A DNA stretch of 64,000 bases from Pseudomonadota bacterium (GCA_018241745.1 JAFEDG010000140.1:15098-79097); one strand, 5' to 3'; counted from the stretch's first letter, positions 45,019-55,160 are shown. Numbers and translations: made by a program. The notes: generated by a model from the sequence alone, not told the origin.

Positions 45019-46332
45019 ATGAAGTTGATCAAGACGTTGCTGTTGGGTGCCGTCGCGGCCTGCGCGCTCGCCACCACCCCGTCGTACGCGCAGCAGTTCA
45101 TCCCGATCCTGTCCTACCGCATCGGCCCGTACGCGGCCGGCGGCAGCGGCTACTTCGGCGGCGCCATCGACTATTTCAACCTGGTGAACTCGCAGGGCGG
45201 CATCAACGGCGTCAAGCTCGTGTGGGAGGAGTGCGAGACGGAGTACAACGCCGCGCGCGGCGTCGAGTGCTACGAGCGCCTGAAGACACGCAACGGCGGC
45301 GCGTCGACGGTCGACCCGCTGTCCACCGGCATCGCCTACGGCCTCATCGACCGCGTCGCGCAGGACAAGATCCCGATGACGACGTTCGGTTACGGGCTCG
45401 GCGCGTCGGCCGACGGCAACGTGTTCCGCTGGGTGTTCCCGCTGGGCACGACGTACTGGGACCAGGTCGCCGCGATGGTGGCCTACCTCGAGCAGAAGGA
45501 AGGCGGCGCCGGCAAGCTCAAGGGCAAGAAGATCGCCTACATGTACCACGACTCCGCGTACGGCAAGGAGCCGATCGGCACGCTCGACGCGCTCGCCGCA
45601 AAGAACGGCTTCGAGGTCATCAAGATCCCGATCACGCCGCCCGGCACGACGCAGGAATCGCAGTGGCTGCAGGTGCGCCAGCAGAAGCCCGACTACGTGA
45701 TCCTGTGGGGCTTCGGCGTGATGAACCCGGTGGCGCTGAAGACGGCGGCGAAGACGGGCTTCCCGCGCGAGAAGATCGTCGGCGTGTGGTGGGCGGGCTC
45801 GGAAGAGGACGTGATCCCCGCGGGCACCGCGGCCAAGGGCTACGTCAGCGCCGCGTTCTCCGCGCCCGGCACGAGCTTCCCGGTGATGCAGGACATCAAG
45901 ACGAAGCTGTACGCCAACGGCAAGGGCAACCTCGAGGATCCGGCGCGCATCGGCTCGATCTACCACACGCGCGGCGTCGTCTACGGGATCCTGATCACCG
46001 AGGCGATCCGCAAGGCGCAGGACAAGTTCGGCAAGGGCAAGGTAATGACGCCCGAGCAGGTGCGCTGGGGCCTGGAGCACATCGACCTGACCGACGCGCG
46101 GATCAAGGAACTGGGCGCGGCCGGCATGTTCCCGCCGGTGAAGACGTCGTGCTCCGATCACGAAGGCTCGGGCATGGTGAAGTTCCAGGTGTGGGACGGC
46201 AACGCGTTCAAGCCGGTCACGGGCTTCATGGCCGGCGACCGCGCGCTCGTGCGCAAGCTCGTCGAGGAAAGCGCCGCCAAGTACGCGGCGGACAAGAAGA
46301 TCACGCCGGTCGACTGCAGCAAGGAAAACTGA
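45019..46332 (+). CDS. ABC transporter substrate-binding protein (type I PBP, Liv-like cluster)
   Basis: ATG 45019 follows AGGAGG. The signal peptide is MKLIKTLLLGAVAACALATTPSYA. Length 437 aa. Confidence 0.85.
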   Translation: MKLIKTLLLGAVAACALATTPSYAQQFIPILSYRIGPYAAGGSGYFGGAIDYFNLVNSQGGINGVKLVWEECETEYNAARGVECYERLKTRNGGASTVDPLSTGIAYGLIDRVAQDKIPMTTFGYGLGASADGNVFRWVFPLGTTYWDQVAAMVAYLEQKEGGAGKLKGKKIAYMYHDSAYGKEPIGTLDALAAKNGFEVIKIPITPPGTTQESQWLQVRQQKPDYVILWGFGVMNPVALKTAAKTGFPREKIVGVWWAGSEEDVIPAGTAAKGYVSAAFSAPGTSFPVMQDIKTKLYANGKGNLEDPARIGSIYHTRGVVYGILITEAIRKAQDKFGKGKVMTPEQVRWGLEHIDLTDARIKELGAAGMFPPVKTSCSDHEGSGMVKFQVWDGNAFKPVTGFMAGDRALVRKLVEESAAKYAADKKITPVDCSKEN

Positions 46333-46428
46333 CGGCGCGACGCCTCCTCCGGTGGCCCGGAGGAGGTTCGCGACAGCGCGGCCCAGGAGCATGTCGCGCT
46401 GTCGCGAACCGGCGAGGAGAACGATCCG

Positions 46429-47274
46429 ATGAACGCGCACGCCGCCACTGCCCAATCCGCCGCGCCTGCCGCTGCGCCGGCGGTGCTCGTCGTCAACAAT
46501 ATCGAGGTCATCTACGACCACGTGATCCTCGTGTTGAAGGGGGTCTCGCTCGCCGTGCCCGAAGGCGGCATCGTCGCGTTGCTCGGTGCCAACGGCGCCG
46601 GCAAGAGCACGACGCTGAAGGCGATCTCGAACCTGCTGCGCGCCGAGCGCGGCGACGTGACGAAGGGCTCGATCGAATTCCGCGGCACGCGCGTCGACAG
46701 CCTGACGCCCAACGCGCTGGTGAAGCTCGGCGTATGCCAGGTGATGGAGGGGCGGCATTGCTTCCAGCACCTGACGGTCGAGGAGAACCTGCTGGCCGGC
46801 GCGTTCACGCGCACCGGTCGTGGCGAGGTGGCCGCTGCGCTCGACAAGGTCTACACGTACTTCCCGCGGCTCAAGGTGAGGCGCGCGAGCCTCGCCGGCT
46901 ACACGTCCGGCGGCGAGCAGCAGATGACGGCGATCGGCCGCGCGCTGATGGCCGCACCGACGATGATCCTGCTCGACGAGCCGTCGATGGGGCTCGCGCC
47001 GCAGATCGTCGAGGAGATCTTCGAGATCGTCCGCGACTTGAACGCGCGCGAACGCGTGTCGTTCCTGCTCGCGGAGCAGAACACGACGGTGGCGCTGCGC
47101 TACGCCAACTACGGCTACATCCTCGAGAACGGGCGCGTCGTCATGGACGGCGATGCGACGGCGCTCGGCGCGAACGAGGACGTCAAGGAGTTCTACCTCG
47201 GCCTCGCCAGCGGCGAGCGCAAGAGCTTCCGCGACGTCAAACACTACCGCCGCCGCAAGCGCTGGCTCGCGTGA
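46429..47274 (+). CDS. ABC transporter ATP-binding protein (LivF-like)
   Basis: Motifs GANGAGKST, TSGGEQQMTAIGRAL and ILLDEPSMGL. Confidence 0.85.
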   Translation: MNAHAATAQSAAPAAAPAVLVVNNIEVIYDHVILVLKGVSLAVPEGGIVALLGANGAGKSTTLKAISNLLRAERGDVTKGSIEFRGTRVDSLTPNALVKLGVCQVMEGRHCFQHLTVEENLLAGAFTRTGRGEVAAALDKVYTYFPRLKVRRASLAGYTSGGEQQMTAIGRALMAAPTMILLDEPSMGLAPQIVEEIFEIVRDLNARERVSFLLAEQNTTVALRYANYGYILENGRVVMDGDATALGANEDVKEFYLGLASGERKSFRDVKHYRRRKRWLA

Positions 47275-47279
47275 CGACG

Positions 47280-48521
47280 ATGGCAGACGCGCATTACGAC
47301 GCGCTGGAGACGCGCGACCCGGCCGTCCGCGAGGCGGCGCAGATGGCGGCGCTCCCGCAGGCCGTGGCGCGCGCCAAGGCCACGGCACCCGGCTGGGCGG
47401 CGCGGCTCGCCGACGTCGACGCTGCGGCGGTGACGAGTCGCGCTGCACTGGCCGCGCTCCCCGTCACGCGCAAGTCCGAGCTTGGAGACCTGCAGCGCCA
47501 ACGTCCGCCGTTCGGCGGCCTCGCCACCGACGACGGCCGCGACGCCGCGCGGCTGTTTGCCTCGCCCGGGCCGATCTACGAACCGGAAGGCCGCGACGCC
47601 GATTACTGGCGGCTGGCACGCGCGCTGTTCGCCGCCGGTTTCCGTCCTGGCGACCGCGTGCACAACTGCTTCTCGTATCACCTGACGCCGGCCGGATCGA
47701 TGCTGGAGACGGGCGCGCTGGCGCTCGGCTGTTCGGTCTGCCCCGGCGGCACGGGCCAGACGGAGTTGCAGGTACAGGCGCTCGCCGGCCTGGGCGCCGA
47801 CGGCTATGTCGGCACGCCGTCGTTCCTGAAGATCATCCTCGACAAGGCGGACGAGCTCGGCGTCGCGCTGCCAAGATTGACGAAGGCGCTCGTCTCTGGC
47901 GAAGCCTTCCCGCGCTCGCTCGCGGATGCGCTGGCCGCGCGCGGCATCGCCGGCTATCAGGTCTATGCGTCGGCGGATCTCGGCAGCATCGCGTACGAGA
48001 CGGTCGCGCGCGAAGGCCTCGTCGTCGACGAGGGCGTACTCGTCGAGATCCTGCGCCCCGGCACCGGGGACCCGGTCGCGGCAGGCGAGGTCGGCGAGGT
48101 CGTCGTCACGGCGCTCACCAACCGCCAGTACCCGCTGATCCGCTTCGCCACCGGCGACCTCTCGGCGTTCATGCCGGGCCTCTCCGCTTGCGGGCGCACG
48201 AACGCGCGGATCCGCGGCTGGATGGGCCGCGCCGACCAGACGACCAAGGTGAAGGGGATGTTCGTGCACCCATCGCAGGTGGCGGCCGTGCTGCGCCGGC
48301 ATCCCGAAGTGGTGCGCGCCCGGCTCGTCGTCGACAACCCCGAGGACAGCGACCGCATGACGCTCGTCTGCGAGGCGACGGGTACCTCGCCCGCGCTCGC
48401 CGAGGCGCTCGTCGCGTCGTTGCGCGACCTCACCAAGCTGCGCGCCGACGTGCGCTTCTGCGCACCCGGCAGCCTGCCCAACGACGGCAAGGTCATCGAG
48501 GACGCGCGCGTCTATCGCTGA
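47280..48521 (+). CDS. PaaK-like adenylate-forming enzyme (phenylacetate-CoA ligase / F390-synthetase family)
   Basis: In-frame ATG 47280. Family-like motifs are RFATGDLSA and RIRGWMGRADQTTKVKGMFVHPSQV. Length about 413 aa. Confidence 0.8.
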   Translation: MADAHYDALETRDPAVREAAQMAALPQAVARAKATAPGWAARLADVDAAAVTSRAALAALPVTRKSELGDLQRQRPPFGGLATDDGRDAARLFASPGPIYEPEGRDADYWRLARALFAAGFRPGDRVHNCFSYHLTPAGSMLETGALALGCSVCPGGTGQTELQVQALAGLGADGYVGTPSFLKIILDKADELGVALPRLTKALVSGEAFPRSLADALAARGIAGYQVYASADLGSIAYETVAREGLVVDEGVLVEILRPGTGDPVAAGEVGEVVVTALTNRQYPLIRFATGDLSAFMPGLSACGRTNARIRGWMGRADQTTKVKGMFVHPSQVAAVLRRHPEVVRARLVVDNPEDSDRMTLVCEATGTSPALAEALVASLRDLTKLRADVRFCAPGSLPNDGKVIEDARVYR

Positions 48522-48542
48522 GCGCGCGGGACCGATGTTAGG

Positions 48543-49217
48543 ATGCGGCCTTACCCCAAGGCCGCCATGTCGACCGCCTCGACCCCTTCCGATCCGCTCG
48601 CGCCGCTCACGCCCGGCACGCTGCGCGAGATCGCAGCCAGTGGTGTGCTGCGCACGTACCCGAAGAACACCGTCATCATCAACGAAGGCGACACCGGCGA
48701 GACGCTGTTCATCGTCGTGTCCGGCCGCGTGCGCGTGTACTCGAGCAACGCGCAAGGCCGCGAGTTCGTCATCGACTTCCACGGCGTCGGCGAATACGTC
48801 GGCGAGATGTCGCTCGACGGCTCGCCGCGTTCCGCGTCCGTGATCACCGTCGAGCCGACGACCTGCGCTCTGGTGAGCCGCGCGCAGGTCCGCGAGTTCA
48901 TGGCGACGCACCCGGAATTCGCCGAGCACCTCGTGCAAAAGCTGATCCACCGCATCCGCGTGACGACGGAAAACGCGAAAAGCCTTGCGTTGTCCGACGT
49001 CTACGGCCGGCTTGCGCGGCTGTTGAACGCGCTCGCGCCGGCCGGCGACGGCCCGCGCGCGCTGCCCGAAAAGCTCACGCAGCAGGAAATCGCCGACCGC
49101 GTGGGTGCGTCGCGCGACATGATCAGCAAGCTGCTCAAGGACCTCGTCGCGGGCGGCTACCTCAGCGTCGAGGATCGCACGATCACGTTGCTGAAGCGGT
49201 TGCCGTCGGGCTGGTAA
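48543..49217 (+). CDS. Crp/Fnr-family transcriptional regulator
   Basis: The cNMP-binding fold has GDTGETLFIVVSGRVRV...GEYVGEMSL. The HTH is LTQQEIADRVGASRDMISKLLKDLVAGGYL. ATG 48567 is an alternative start. Confidence 0.85.
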   Translation: MRPYPKAAMSTASTPSDPLAPLTPGTLREIAASGVLRTYPKNTVIINEGDTGETLFIVVSGRVRVYSSNAQGREFVIDFHGVGEYVGEMSLDGSPRSASVITVEPTTCALVSRAQVREFMATHPEFAEHLVQKLIHRIRVTTENAKSLALSDVYGRLARLLNALAPAGDGPRALPEKLTQQEIADRVGASRDMISKLLKDLVAGGYLSVEDRTITLLKRLPSGW

Positions 49218-49380
49218 CGCCGTTCCTCCGCCCCCGCGCGGCGCCGCCGGCGGTGCTTCGCGGGCGTGAATTTTCCTGCCCGCCCGCACGTCAGAATCGA
49301 ACCGCTGCGGACGTCTTTTTCAGTCGCCCCGCGCGCCGGTCCTGCGCGACATTCGTTGCCACGGCGCGCGGACTGCGCCG

Positions 49381-49683
49381 ATGGAGACGACGATGGACGA
49401 CTTCGACGGCAACAGTGAACTCGAACGCAGCGTACGCGCGGCACTGCGCGGTTGCGTCGCTGCGGTGGCCTTCCTCGCACTGGTCGCGGCGCTCGGCCCG
49501 CTGGACATGACGGCCGACCAACCCGGTCCTCGCGTCCACATGGCGCTGCAGGATGCGGTGGCCACCGCGGCCGCAGCCGCGCATGTGTCGGCACCTGTCG
49601 CGGCAAGCGATGCTGCGACGTTCCACGGCGTCAGCTTCGTGACGGACGCGGGCGCCGCGCCCGACCCGGTCCCGCAGGATTGA
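49381..49683 (+). CDS. hypothetical protein with one TM helix (100 aa)
   Basis: ATG start, GC3 about 80 %, and a single hydrophobic segment (GCVAAVAFLALVAALGPL). I recognise no family. Confidence 0.3.
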   Translation: METTMDDFDGNSELERSVRAALRGCVAAVAFLALVAALGPLDMTADQPGPRVHMALQDAVATAAAAAHVSAPVAASDAATFHGVSFVTDAGAAPDPVPQD

Positions 49684-49796
49684 CGCAGGAAAAGCCGCAG
49701 GACGTGAAACGTCGCGCGCGATTGCGCGACATCAAGGAGGATGAGGCGACGAGGATCGAAGTCGAATCCCGTCGCGCCACCCTCCGAGCGAGCCGA

Positions 49797-49850
49797 GGGG
49801 GTGCCCCTGACGGCGCGCATGTTCTCGTGAAGCGTAGTCAGGGGCACCCC
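49797..49850. repeat. 14-bp perfect inverted repeat downstream of gabD
   Basis: GGGGTGCCCCTGAC at 49797-49810 pairs with GTCAGGGGCACCCC at 49837-49850 across a 26-nt loop. There is no U-tract on either strand. Confidence 0.6.
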
Positions 49851-49885
49851 ATCGGCCGCGGGCGCCGGGGGCGCAGCGGGACGGG

Positions 49886-51367
49886 TCAGATCCCCCCGAA
49901 GCAGATGTACTTGATCTCGACGAACTCGTCGATGCCGTACTTCGAACCTTCGCGACCCAGTCCCGACTGCTTCATGCCGCCGAACGGCGCGACCTCGGTC
50001 GTGATGAGCCCGGTGTTTACGCCGACCATGCCGTACTCGAGGCGCTCGGCGACGCGCCACACGCGGCCGATGTCGCGCGAATAGAAGTACGACGCAAGCC
50101 CGAACTCGGTGCGGTTGGCGAGCTCGACGACCTCGTCATCCGTCTTGAAGCGGATCAGCGGCGCGACGGGACCGAACGTCTCCTCGCGGAAGATCTTCAT
50201 GTCGGGCGTCACGTTCGCGAGCACCGTGGGCTCGAAGAAGAGGCCGCCTTGCGGCGCGGGCTTGCCGCCGGTGACGACCTTCGCGCCGTGCGCCGTCGCA
50301 TCGGCAATGTGGTCCTTCACCTTGTCGATCGCCTCGGCGTTGATCAGCGGGCCCTGCGTGACGCCGGATTCGGTGCCGGCACCGACCTTGAGCGCCTTCA
50401 CGCGCTCTGCGAGCTTGGCGGCGAACGCGTCGTAGACCTGGTCCTGCACGAACAGTCGGTTGGCACACACGCAGGTCTGGCCCGCGTTGCGGTACTTGGA
50501 GATGATCGCGCCGTCGGCGGCCGCGTCGAGGTCGGCGTCGTCGAACACGATGAACGGCGCGTTGCCGCCCAGCTCGAGCGACAGCTTCTTGATCGTCGGC
50601 GCGACCTGCTTCATCAGGATGCGGCCGACTTCGGTGGAGCCGGTGAACGACAGCTTGCGGACCGTCGGGTTGGCGCACATCTCGCCGCCGATCGCCGGCG
50701 CGTCGCCGGTGACGATGTTGACGACGCCGGGCGGGAAGCCCGCGCGCTGCGCCAGTTCACCGAGCGCAAAGGCGGACAGCGGCGTCGCTTCCGCCGGCTT
50801 GATGACGATCGTGCAGCCCGCCGCGAGGCCCGGCGCCACCTTGCGCGTGATCATCGAGCACGGGAAGTTCCACGGCGTGATCGCTGCGCAGACGCCGACC
50901 GGTTCCTTGACGACGACGAGCCGGCGGTCGTTGCCAACCGTCGGGATCGTGTCGCCATACACGCGCTTGGCCTCCTCGGCGAACCACTCGACGTACGCGG
51001 CGCCGATTGTGACCTCGCCCTTCGCTTCCGCGAGGGGTTTGCCCTGTTCGGTGGTGAGGATCAGCGCGAGGTCGTCCACGTGCTGGAGCATGAGGTCGTT
51101 CCACTTGCGCAGGATGGCGCTGCGCTCCTTGGCGGTCTTCGCCTTCCACGCCGGCCACGCGCGCGCGGCGGCTTCGATTGCGCGCCTCGTCTCGTCGCCG
51201 CCGAACACGGGCACCGACGCGACCAGGCCGCCGTTCGCCGGGTTCACGACTGGCATCGTCGCGCCGTTGTCGGCGCTGATCCACTTGCCGTCGACCAGGC
51301 ATTGCTGGCGCAGCAGCGAAGGATCCTTGAGGGCAGGGACGGAACGCTCGAGAGTATCGGGGGGCAT
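49886..51367 (-). CDS. gabD: succinate-semialdehyde dehydrogenase (NAD(P)+)
   Basis: ALDH motifs ITPWNFP, FTGSTEVG, LELGGNAP and GQTCVCANRLFV. Length 493 aa. Confidence 0.9.
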   Translation of the reverse strand: MPPDTLERSVPALKDPSLLRQQCLVDGKWISADNGATMPVVNPANGGLVASVPVFGGDETRRAIEAAARAWPAWKAKTAKERSAILRKWNDLMLQHVDDLALILTTEQGKPLAEAKGEVTIGAAYVEWFAEEAKRVYGDTIPTVGNDRRLVVVKEPVGVCAAITPWNFPCSMITRKVAPGLAAGCTIVIKPAEATPLSAFALGELAQRAGFPPGVVNIVTGDAPAIGGEMCANPTVRKLSFTGSTEVGRILMKQVAPTIKKLSLELGGNAPFIVFDDADLDAAADGAIISKYRNAGQTCVCANRLFVQDQVYDAFAAKLAERVKALKVGAGTESGVTQGPLINAEAIDKVKDHIADATAHGAKVVTGGKPAPQGGLFFEPTVLANVTPDMKIFREETFGPVAPLIRFKTDDEVVELANRTEFGLASYFYSRDIGRVWRVAERLEYGMVGVNTGLITTEVAPFGGMKQSGLGREGSKYGIDEFVEIKYICFGGI

Positions 51368-51436
51368 GGCGGGCTCCGGAAGGTGGACAGCGGTACGCGC
51401 GACGATGCGGCGCGCCCCGCGGCGGGCGGACTACGA

Positions 51437-52390
51437 TTATAGACGCCGGCTGGCGGCGTTCGTTCCGGCGTCCGTCGCGGCGGCCTTGGCAGGCGCGGGC
51501 TTCATCGACACCATCATCACGCCGGCGAGCACCAGCGCGGCGCCCGCGAGCTGCAGCGCGTTGACCGCCTCGCCGAGCACCATGGCGCCGAGCACGATCG
51601 TGAACACCGGGCCCAGCGAGCCGACGAGCGATGTCTGGTTGGCGCCCAGCCGCCGGATCGCGACGGCGATGAGCCACGTGGGCACGACCGTGGACGCCAC
51701 GGCCATCAGCAACGACAGGGCGTGGATCGACGGCGGCACGGCGAGCGCGGACGTGGGTCGCGTCAACGCGAACTGCACGAGGACGAACACCGTCGACACG
51801 AGCATCGCCCACGCGATGAAGCGCGTGGCGCCGATGCGTGCGATCACCGGGCCCGCGGCGACGAGGTACACGGCATACAGCAGCGCGCTCGCGAACACGA
51901 GGCTCCCGCCGAGCGCGAGGCCGTGCGCGTCGCCGCTCACGGCGAGGTCGTGCCAGAACGCCAGCACGATGCCCGCATAGGACAGCAGCAGCGCGAGCAC
52001 GTGCCGGCGCGTGATCGGCGTGCGCAGCCACCACGCTGACAGCAGCACCACGATCGTCGGGTACAGGAACAGCGTCAGCCGCTCGAGGCCCGCGCTGATG
52101 TACGCGAGGCCCATGAAGTCGAGCAGGCTCGCGAGGTAGTAGCCGACGAAGCCGAGCAGCACCAGCCGCCACCAGGCGCCGCCGGTGAGCGGCGCCGCGC
52201 CGCGGCCGGACCACCACGCCATCGCGATGAAGAACGGCGCCGAGTAGAGCATCCGCAACGCCAGCAGCGTCACCGCGTCGAGCGCCGGGTCCCACGCATA
52301 GGCGAGCTTGATGATGATCGCCTTGACGGAAAACCCGAACACGCCGAGCGCCGCGCAGAGCGACCCGGCGAGACGCTCGCGCGCCGTCAT
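51437..52390 (-). CDS. EamA/DMT-family transporter
   Basis: ATG 52390 overlaps the uppP stop (ATGA). The protein has ten TM segments with a duplicated EamA pattern. Confidence 0.85.
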   Translation of the reverse strand: MTARERLAGSLCAALGVFGFSVKAIIIKLAYAWDPALDAVTLLALRMLYSAPFFIAMAWWSGRGAAPLTGGAWWRLVLLGFVGYYLASLLDFMGLAYISAGLERLTLFLYPTIVVLLSAWWLRTPITRRHVLALLLSYAGIVLAFWHDLAVSGDAHGLALGGSLVFASALLYAVYLVAAGPVIARIGATRFIAWAMLVSTVFVLVQFALTRPTSALAVPPSIHALSLLMAVASTVVPTWLIAVAIRRLGANQTSLVGSLGPVFTIVLGAMVLGEAVNALQLAGAALVLAGVMMVSMKPAPAKAAATDAGTNAASRRL

Positions 52391-53217
52391 CGCCAGTGGA
52401 TCAGGCCGCTGCCCGCGGTGGCGAGGATCAGGAGGCCCATCGCGATCCGGTACCACGCGAACGGACGGAAGTCGTGCCGGCTCACGTAGCGGATCAGCCA
52501 GCGCACGCAGGCGAACGCCGCGACGAACGCCGCGGCGAAGCCGACGCCGAGCAGAGGCCAGCGTCCGGCCGTCAGCAGCGACGGGTCCTTCCACAGCGAA
52601 TACACGGTGGCGCCGACGAGCGTCGGCACGGCGAGGAAGAACGAGAACTCGGTGGCGGCGGGGCGCGACAGGCCGAACAGCATGCCGCCGATGATCGTCG
52701 CGCCGGAACGCGACATGCCCGGGATCAGCGCGAGTGCCTGCGCGCAGCCGATCTTCAGCGCGTCGAGCGGCGTCATCGCGTCGACGCTGTCGACGCGGAC
52801 GACGTCCGGATGCAGCCGCTGGCGGCGCTCCGCCCACAGGATCAGCAGCGCGCCGACGATGAACGCGGCGGCCACCGGCGCAGGCGCGAACAGGTGCGCC
52901 TTGATGGCCTTGGAGAACAGCACGCCGAGTATTGCCGCGGGCAGGAACGCGATGACGATGTTGACGGCGAAGCGCTGTGCGCGACGGTCGCTGCCGAGCC
53001 CGCGCAGCACCGACGCGAAGCGCGCGCGAAATTCCCAGCACACGGCGAGGATGGCCCCGGCCTGGATCACGATCTCGAATGTCTCCGCTTCCGTGCCGGT
53101 GTAACCGAGCAGCGACCCCGCGATGATCAGGTGGCCGGTGCTGGAGATGGGAAGGAACTCGGTCAGCCCCTCGACGATGCCGAGGATGACGGCGACGGAC
53201 AGCGTTAGGGATTCCAA
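52387..53217 (-). CDS. uppP: undecaprenyl-diphosphate phosphatase
   Basis: Motifs [20 protein letters not shown] and [10 protein letters not shown]. The only plausible start is TTG 53217, which gives 276 aa. No strong SD is visible. Confidence 0.85.
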   Translation of the reverse strand: MESLTLSVAVILGIVEGLTEFLPISSTGHLIIAGSLLGYTGTEAETFEIVIQAGAILAVCWEFRARFASVLRGLGSDRRAQRFAVNIVIAFLPAAILGVLFSKAIKAHLFAPAPVAAAFIVGALLILWAERRQRLHPDVVRVDSVDAMTPLDALKIGCAQALALIPGMSRSGATIIGGMLFGLSRPAATEFSFFLAVPTLVGATVYSLWKDPSLLTAGRWPLLGVGFAAAFVAAFACVRWLIRYVSRHDFRPFAWYRIAMGLLILATAGSGLIHWR

Positions 53218-53301
53218 GGCGGCGTGCGACGGTGGCGGGAGCGACGGATTGTCGCACGCGCGCGTGCTTCTGCTAGTCTCGCGCCTCGTGAAGGAGGGGA
53301 G

Positions 53302-54648
53302 ATGAGGATCCGCAACCTGTCGTGGCGCGACGCGCTGGTCGTCGGGCTGCCGGTCGTGGCGCTGTGCGTGCTCGCCGTGTGGCTGACCGCGCACTTCGTG
53401 CGGCCCGCGCCGCCGTCGCACCTCGTCATGTCCACCGGCCCGGCGGGCGGCACCTACGAGGTCGCCGCGCGTCGCTATCAGGCGATCCTGAAGCGCAACG
53501 GCGTCACGCTCGAGCTCAAGCCGTCCGCCGGCTCGGTCGAGAACCTGCAGCGGCTGCAGGACGGCAGCGTCGACGTCGCGCTGGTGCAGGGGGGCATCGC
53601 ACTGAAGGCGGTGCCGCCAGACATCGATCCGGATGACGCAGCGATCCAGTCGCTCGGTGCGATGTACTTCGAGCCGTTGTGGCTGTTCGATCGCGCGGCC
53701 CCGGCGCCGACCGCCAGCCTGGCGTCGTTCGCCAGCCGCAGGATCGCCGTCGGTCCCGAAGGCAGCGGTTCGCGCGCGTTGGCGAGCGAGTTGCTGCGGC
53801 TGTCGGGCGTCGGCCACGCCGACGCCGACCTGTCGCCGCTCGCGGGCGACGACGCGGCAGCGGCGCTGGTCGCGGGCAACGTCGGGGCCGTGTTCATGGT
53901 GTCGGGGCTTGCGGCGCCTGCGATCAGCCGCCTGATGCACGAACCGGGGGTGGCGCTGGTGGCGCTCACGCACGCGGATGCATTCGCGCGGCTCCTCTCG
54001 TTCGTGACGCCGGTGACGCTGCCGCGCGGCATCGTCGACGTGCGCGCAGACCTGCCCGACCATGACGTGCACACGGTCGCCGTCACGGCCAACCTGCTGG
54101 TCCGCGGCGACATGCACCCGGCGTTGATGTACCTGCTGCTGGACGCGGCGAGCGACGTGCATGGCGGCCACTCGCCACTCGCGGACACCGGCTACTTTCC
54201 GAACCTCGGTCGCCAGGACGTGCCCGTCGCGGCGGAGGCGACGCGCTTCTACAAGCAGGGCAAGCCGTTCCTGCGCCGCTACCTGCCGTTCTGGCTCGCG
54301 AACCTCGTCGACCGGATGCTGGTGGTGCTGATCCCGCTGCTGGGCGTGCTGCTGCCCGCGATGCGCTTCGTGCCGAGCCTCTATACGTACCGGCTGCACG
54401 CGCGCATCACGCGGGGCTACGCGTCGTTACGGGAGCTGGAGGCAAGGATGACGGGGTCGCACGACGACGAGAGCGTGGATCGGTGGCTCCAGGAGCTCGA
54501 CCGGATCGAGGCGGACGTCAACGCACTGCACCTGCCGACGTGGTTCTCCAAGGAGTCGTACGACCTGCGCGCCGCGATCGACCTGATCCGCGAGCGGCTC
54601 GGCCATCCGGAGGCGAAGGCGGTTCCCGCGCTGCGGCGGGACAGCTGA
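53302..54648 (+). CDS. membrane-anchored TAXI-family (TRAP-type) solute-binding-domain protein with extra C-terminal TM and helical tail
   Basis: ATG 53302 follows AAGGAGGGG. An N-terminal TM segment precedes the TAXI-like core ([20 protein letters not shown]...[25 protein letters not shown]). A late TM segment ([16 protein letters not shown]) and a cytoplasmic tail of about 90 aa follow. Confidence 0.7.
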   Translation: MRIRNLSWRDALVVGLPVVALCVLAVWLTAHFVRPAPPSHLVMSTGPAGGTYEVAARRYQAILKRNGVTLELKPSAGSVENLQRLQDGSVDVALVQGGIALKAVPPDIDPDDAAIQSLGAMYFEPLWLFDRAAPAPTASLASFASRRIAVGPEGSGSRALASELLRLSGVGHADADLSPLAGDDAAAALVAGNVGAVFMVSGLAAPAISRLMHEPGVALVALTHADAFARLLSFVTPVTLPRGIVDVRADLPDHDVHTVAVTANLLVRGDMHPALMYLLLDAASDVHGGHSPLADTGYFPNLGRQDVPVAAEATRFYKQGKPFLRRYLPFWLANLVDRMLVVLIPLLGVLLPAMRFVPSLYTYRLHARITRGYASLRELEARMTGSHDDESVDRWLQELDRIEADVNALHLPTWFSKESYDLRAAIDLIRERLGHPEAKAVPALRRDS

Positions 54649-54665
54649 CGGCGGCGCGGCCGCGG

Positions 54666-55160
54666 TCAGCCGCCGTGCCGCTTGGCGTTGAGCTCGGCCA
54701 GCACCTGCGCCACCATGTCGTCGTGATTGGCCGGGACCGCGCCTGCGGGCGTCAACTGGTCGACGACGTGCGGCAGTGCCTGGGCCATGCTGCTTGCAGC
54801 CTGCTGCGGTGACATGCCGAGCTTCTGCGCGATTTCCGTCAGCGGCCCGGAGCCCAGCATCTGCTGCAACGCGCCTGGGTCGAGCGGCATGTTCGTCGCG
54901 CCGGGTTGCAGCCACGACTGCACCTGGTCGCCGTGACCCTGCTGCTGCAGTTGCTGCAGCACCGCGTTGAGGCCGCCGCTTCGTTGCAGCATGCTGAAGA
55001 CCGCCATCAGTACCGGCGCCGCCGCGGCGAGGCTCCCGAGGCCACCGAGGCTGCCCGCCGACGGCTGCTGCTGACCGGACGGAAGGCCGGGAAAGCCGCC
55101 CTGGCTGCCACCTTGCATGCCGGACAGCACGCTGCCGAGTATTCCGTCGAGCAAACCCAT
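54666..55160 (-). CDS. YidB/DUF937 family protein
   Basis: In-frame ATG 55160. The N-terminus is MGLLDGILGSVLSG, followed by VQSWLQPGATNMPLDPGALQQMLG...IAQKLGMSPQQAASSMAQALPHVVDQLTP. Confidence 0.7.
   Translation of the reverse strand: MGLLDGILGSVLSGMQGGSQGGFPGLPSGQQQPSAGSLGGLGSLAAAAPVLMAVFSMLQRSGGLNAVLQQLQQQGHGDQVQSWLQPGATNMPLDPGALQQMLGSGPLTEIAQKLGMSPQQAASSMAQALPHVVDQLTPAGAVPANHDDMVAQVLAELNAKRHGG

Noticed and set aside
49745-49785. I considered a tRNA-like 3' fragment, GGATCGAAGTCGAATCCCGTCGCGCCACC, as a possible att remnant.
   Set aside because: The T-stem cannot be paired properly around a TTCGAAT-type loop. There is no matching tRNA in the window and no CCA. The similarity rests only on the common TCGAATCC heptamer.
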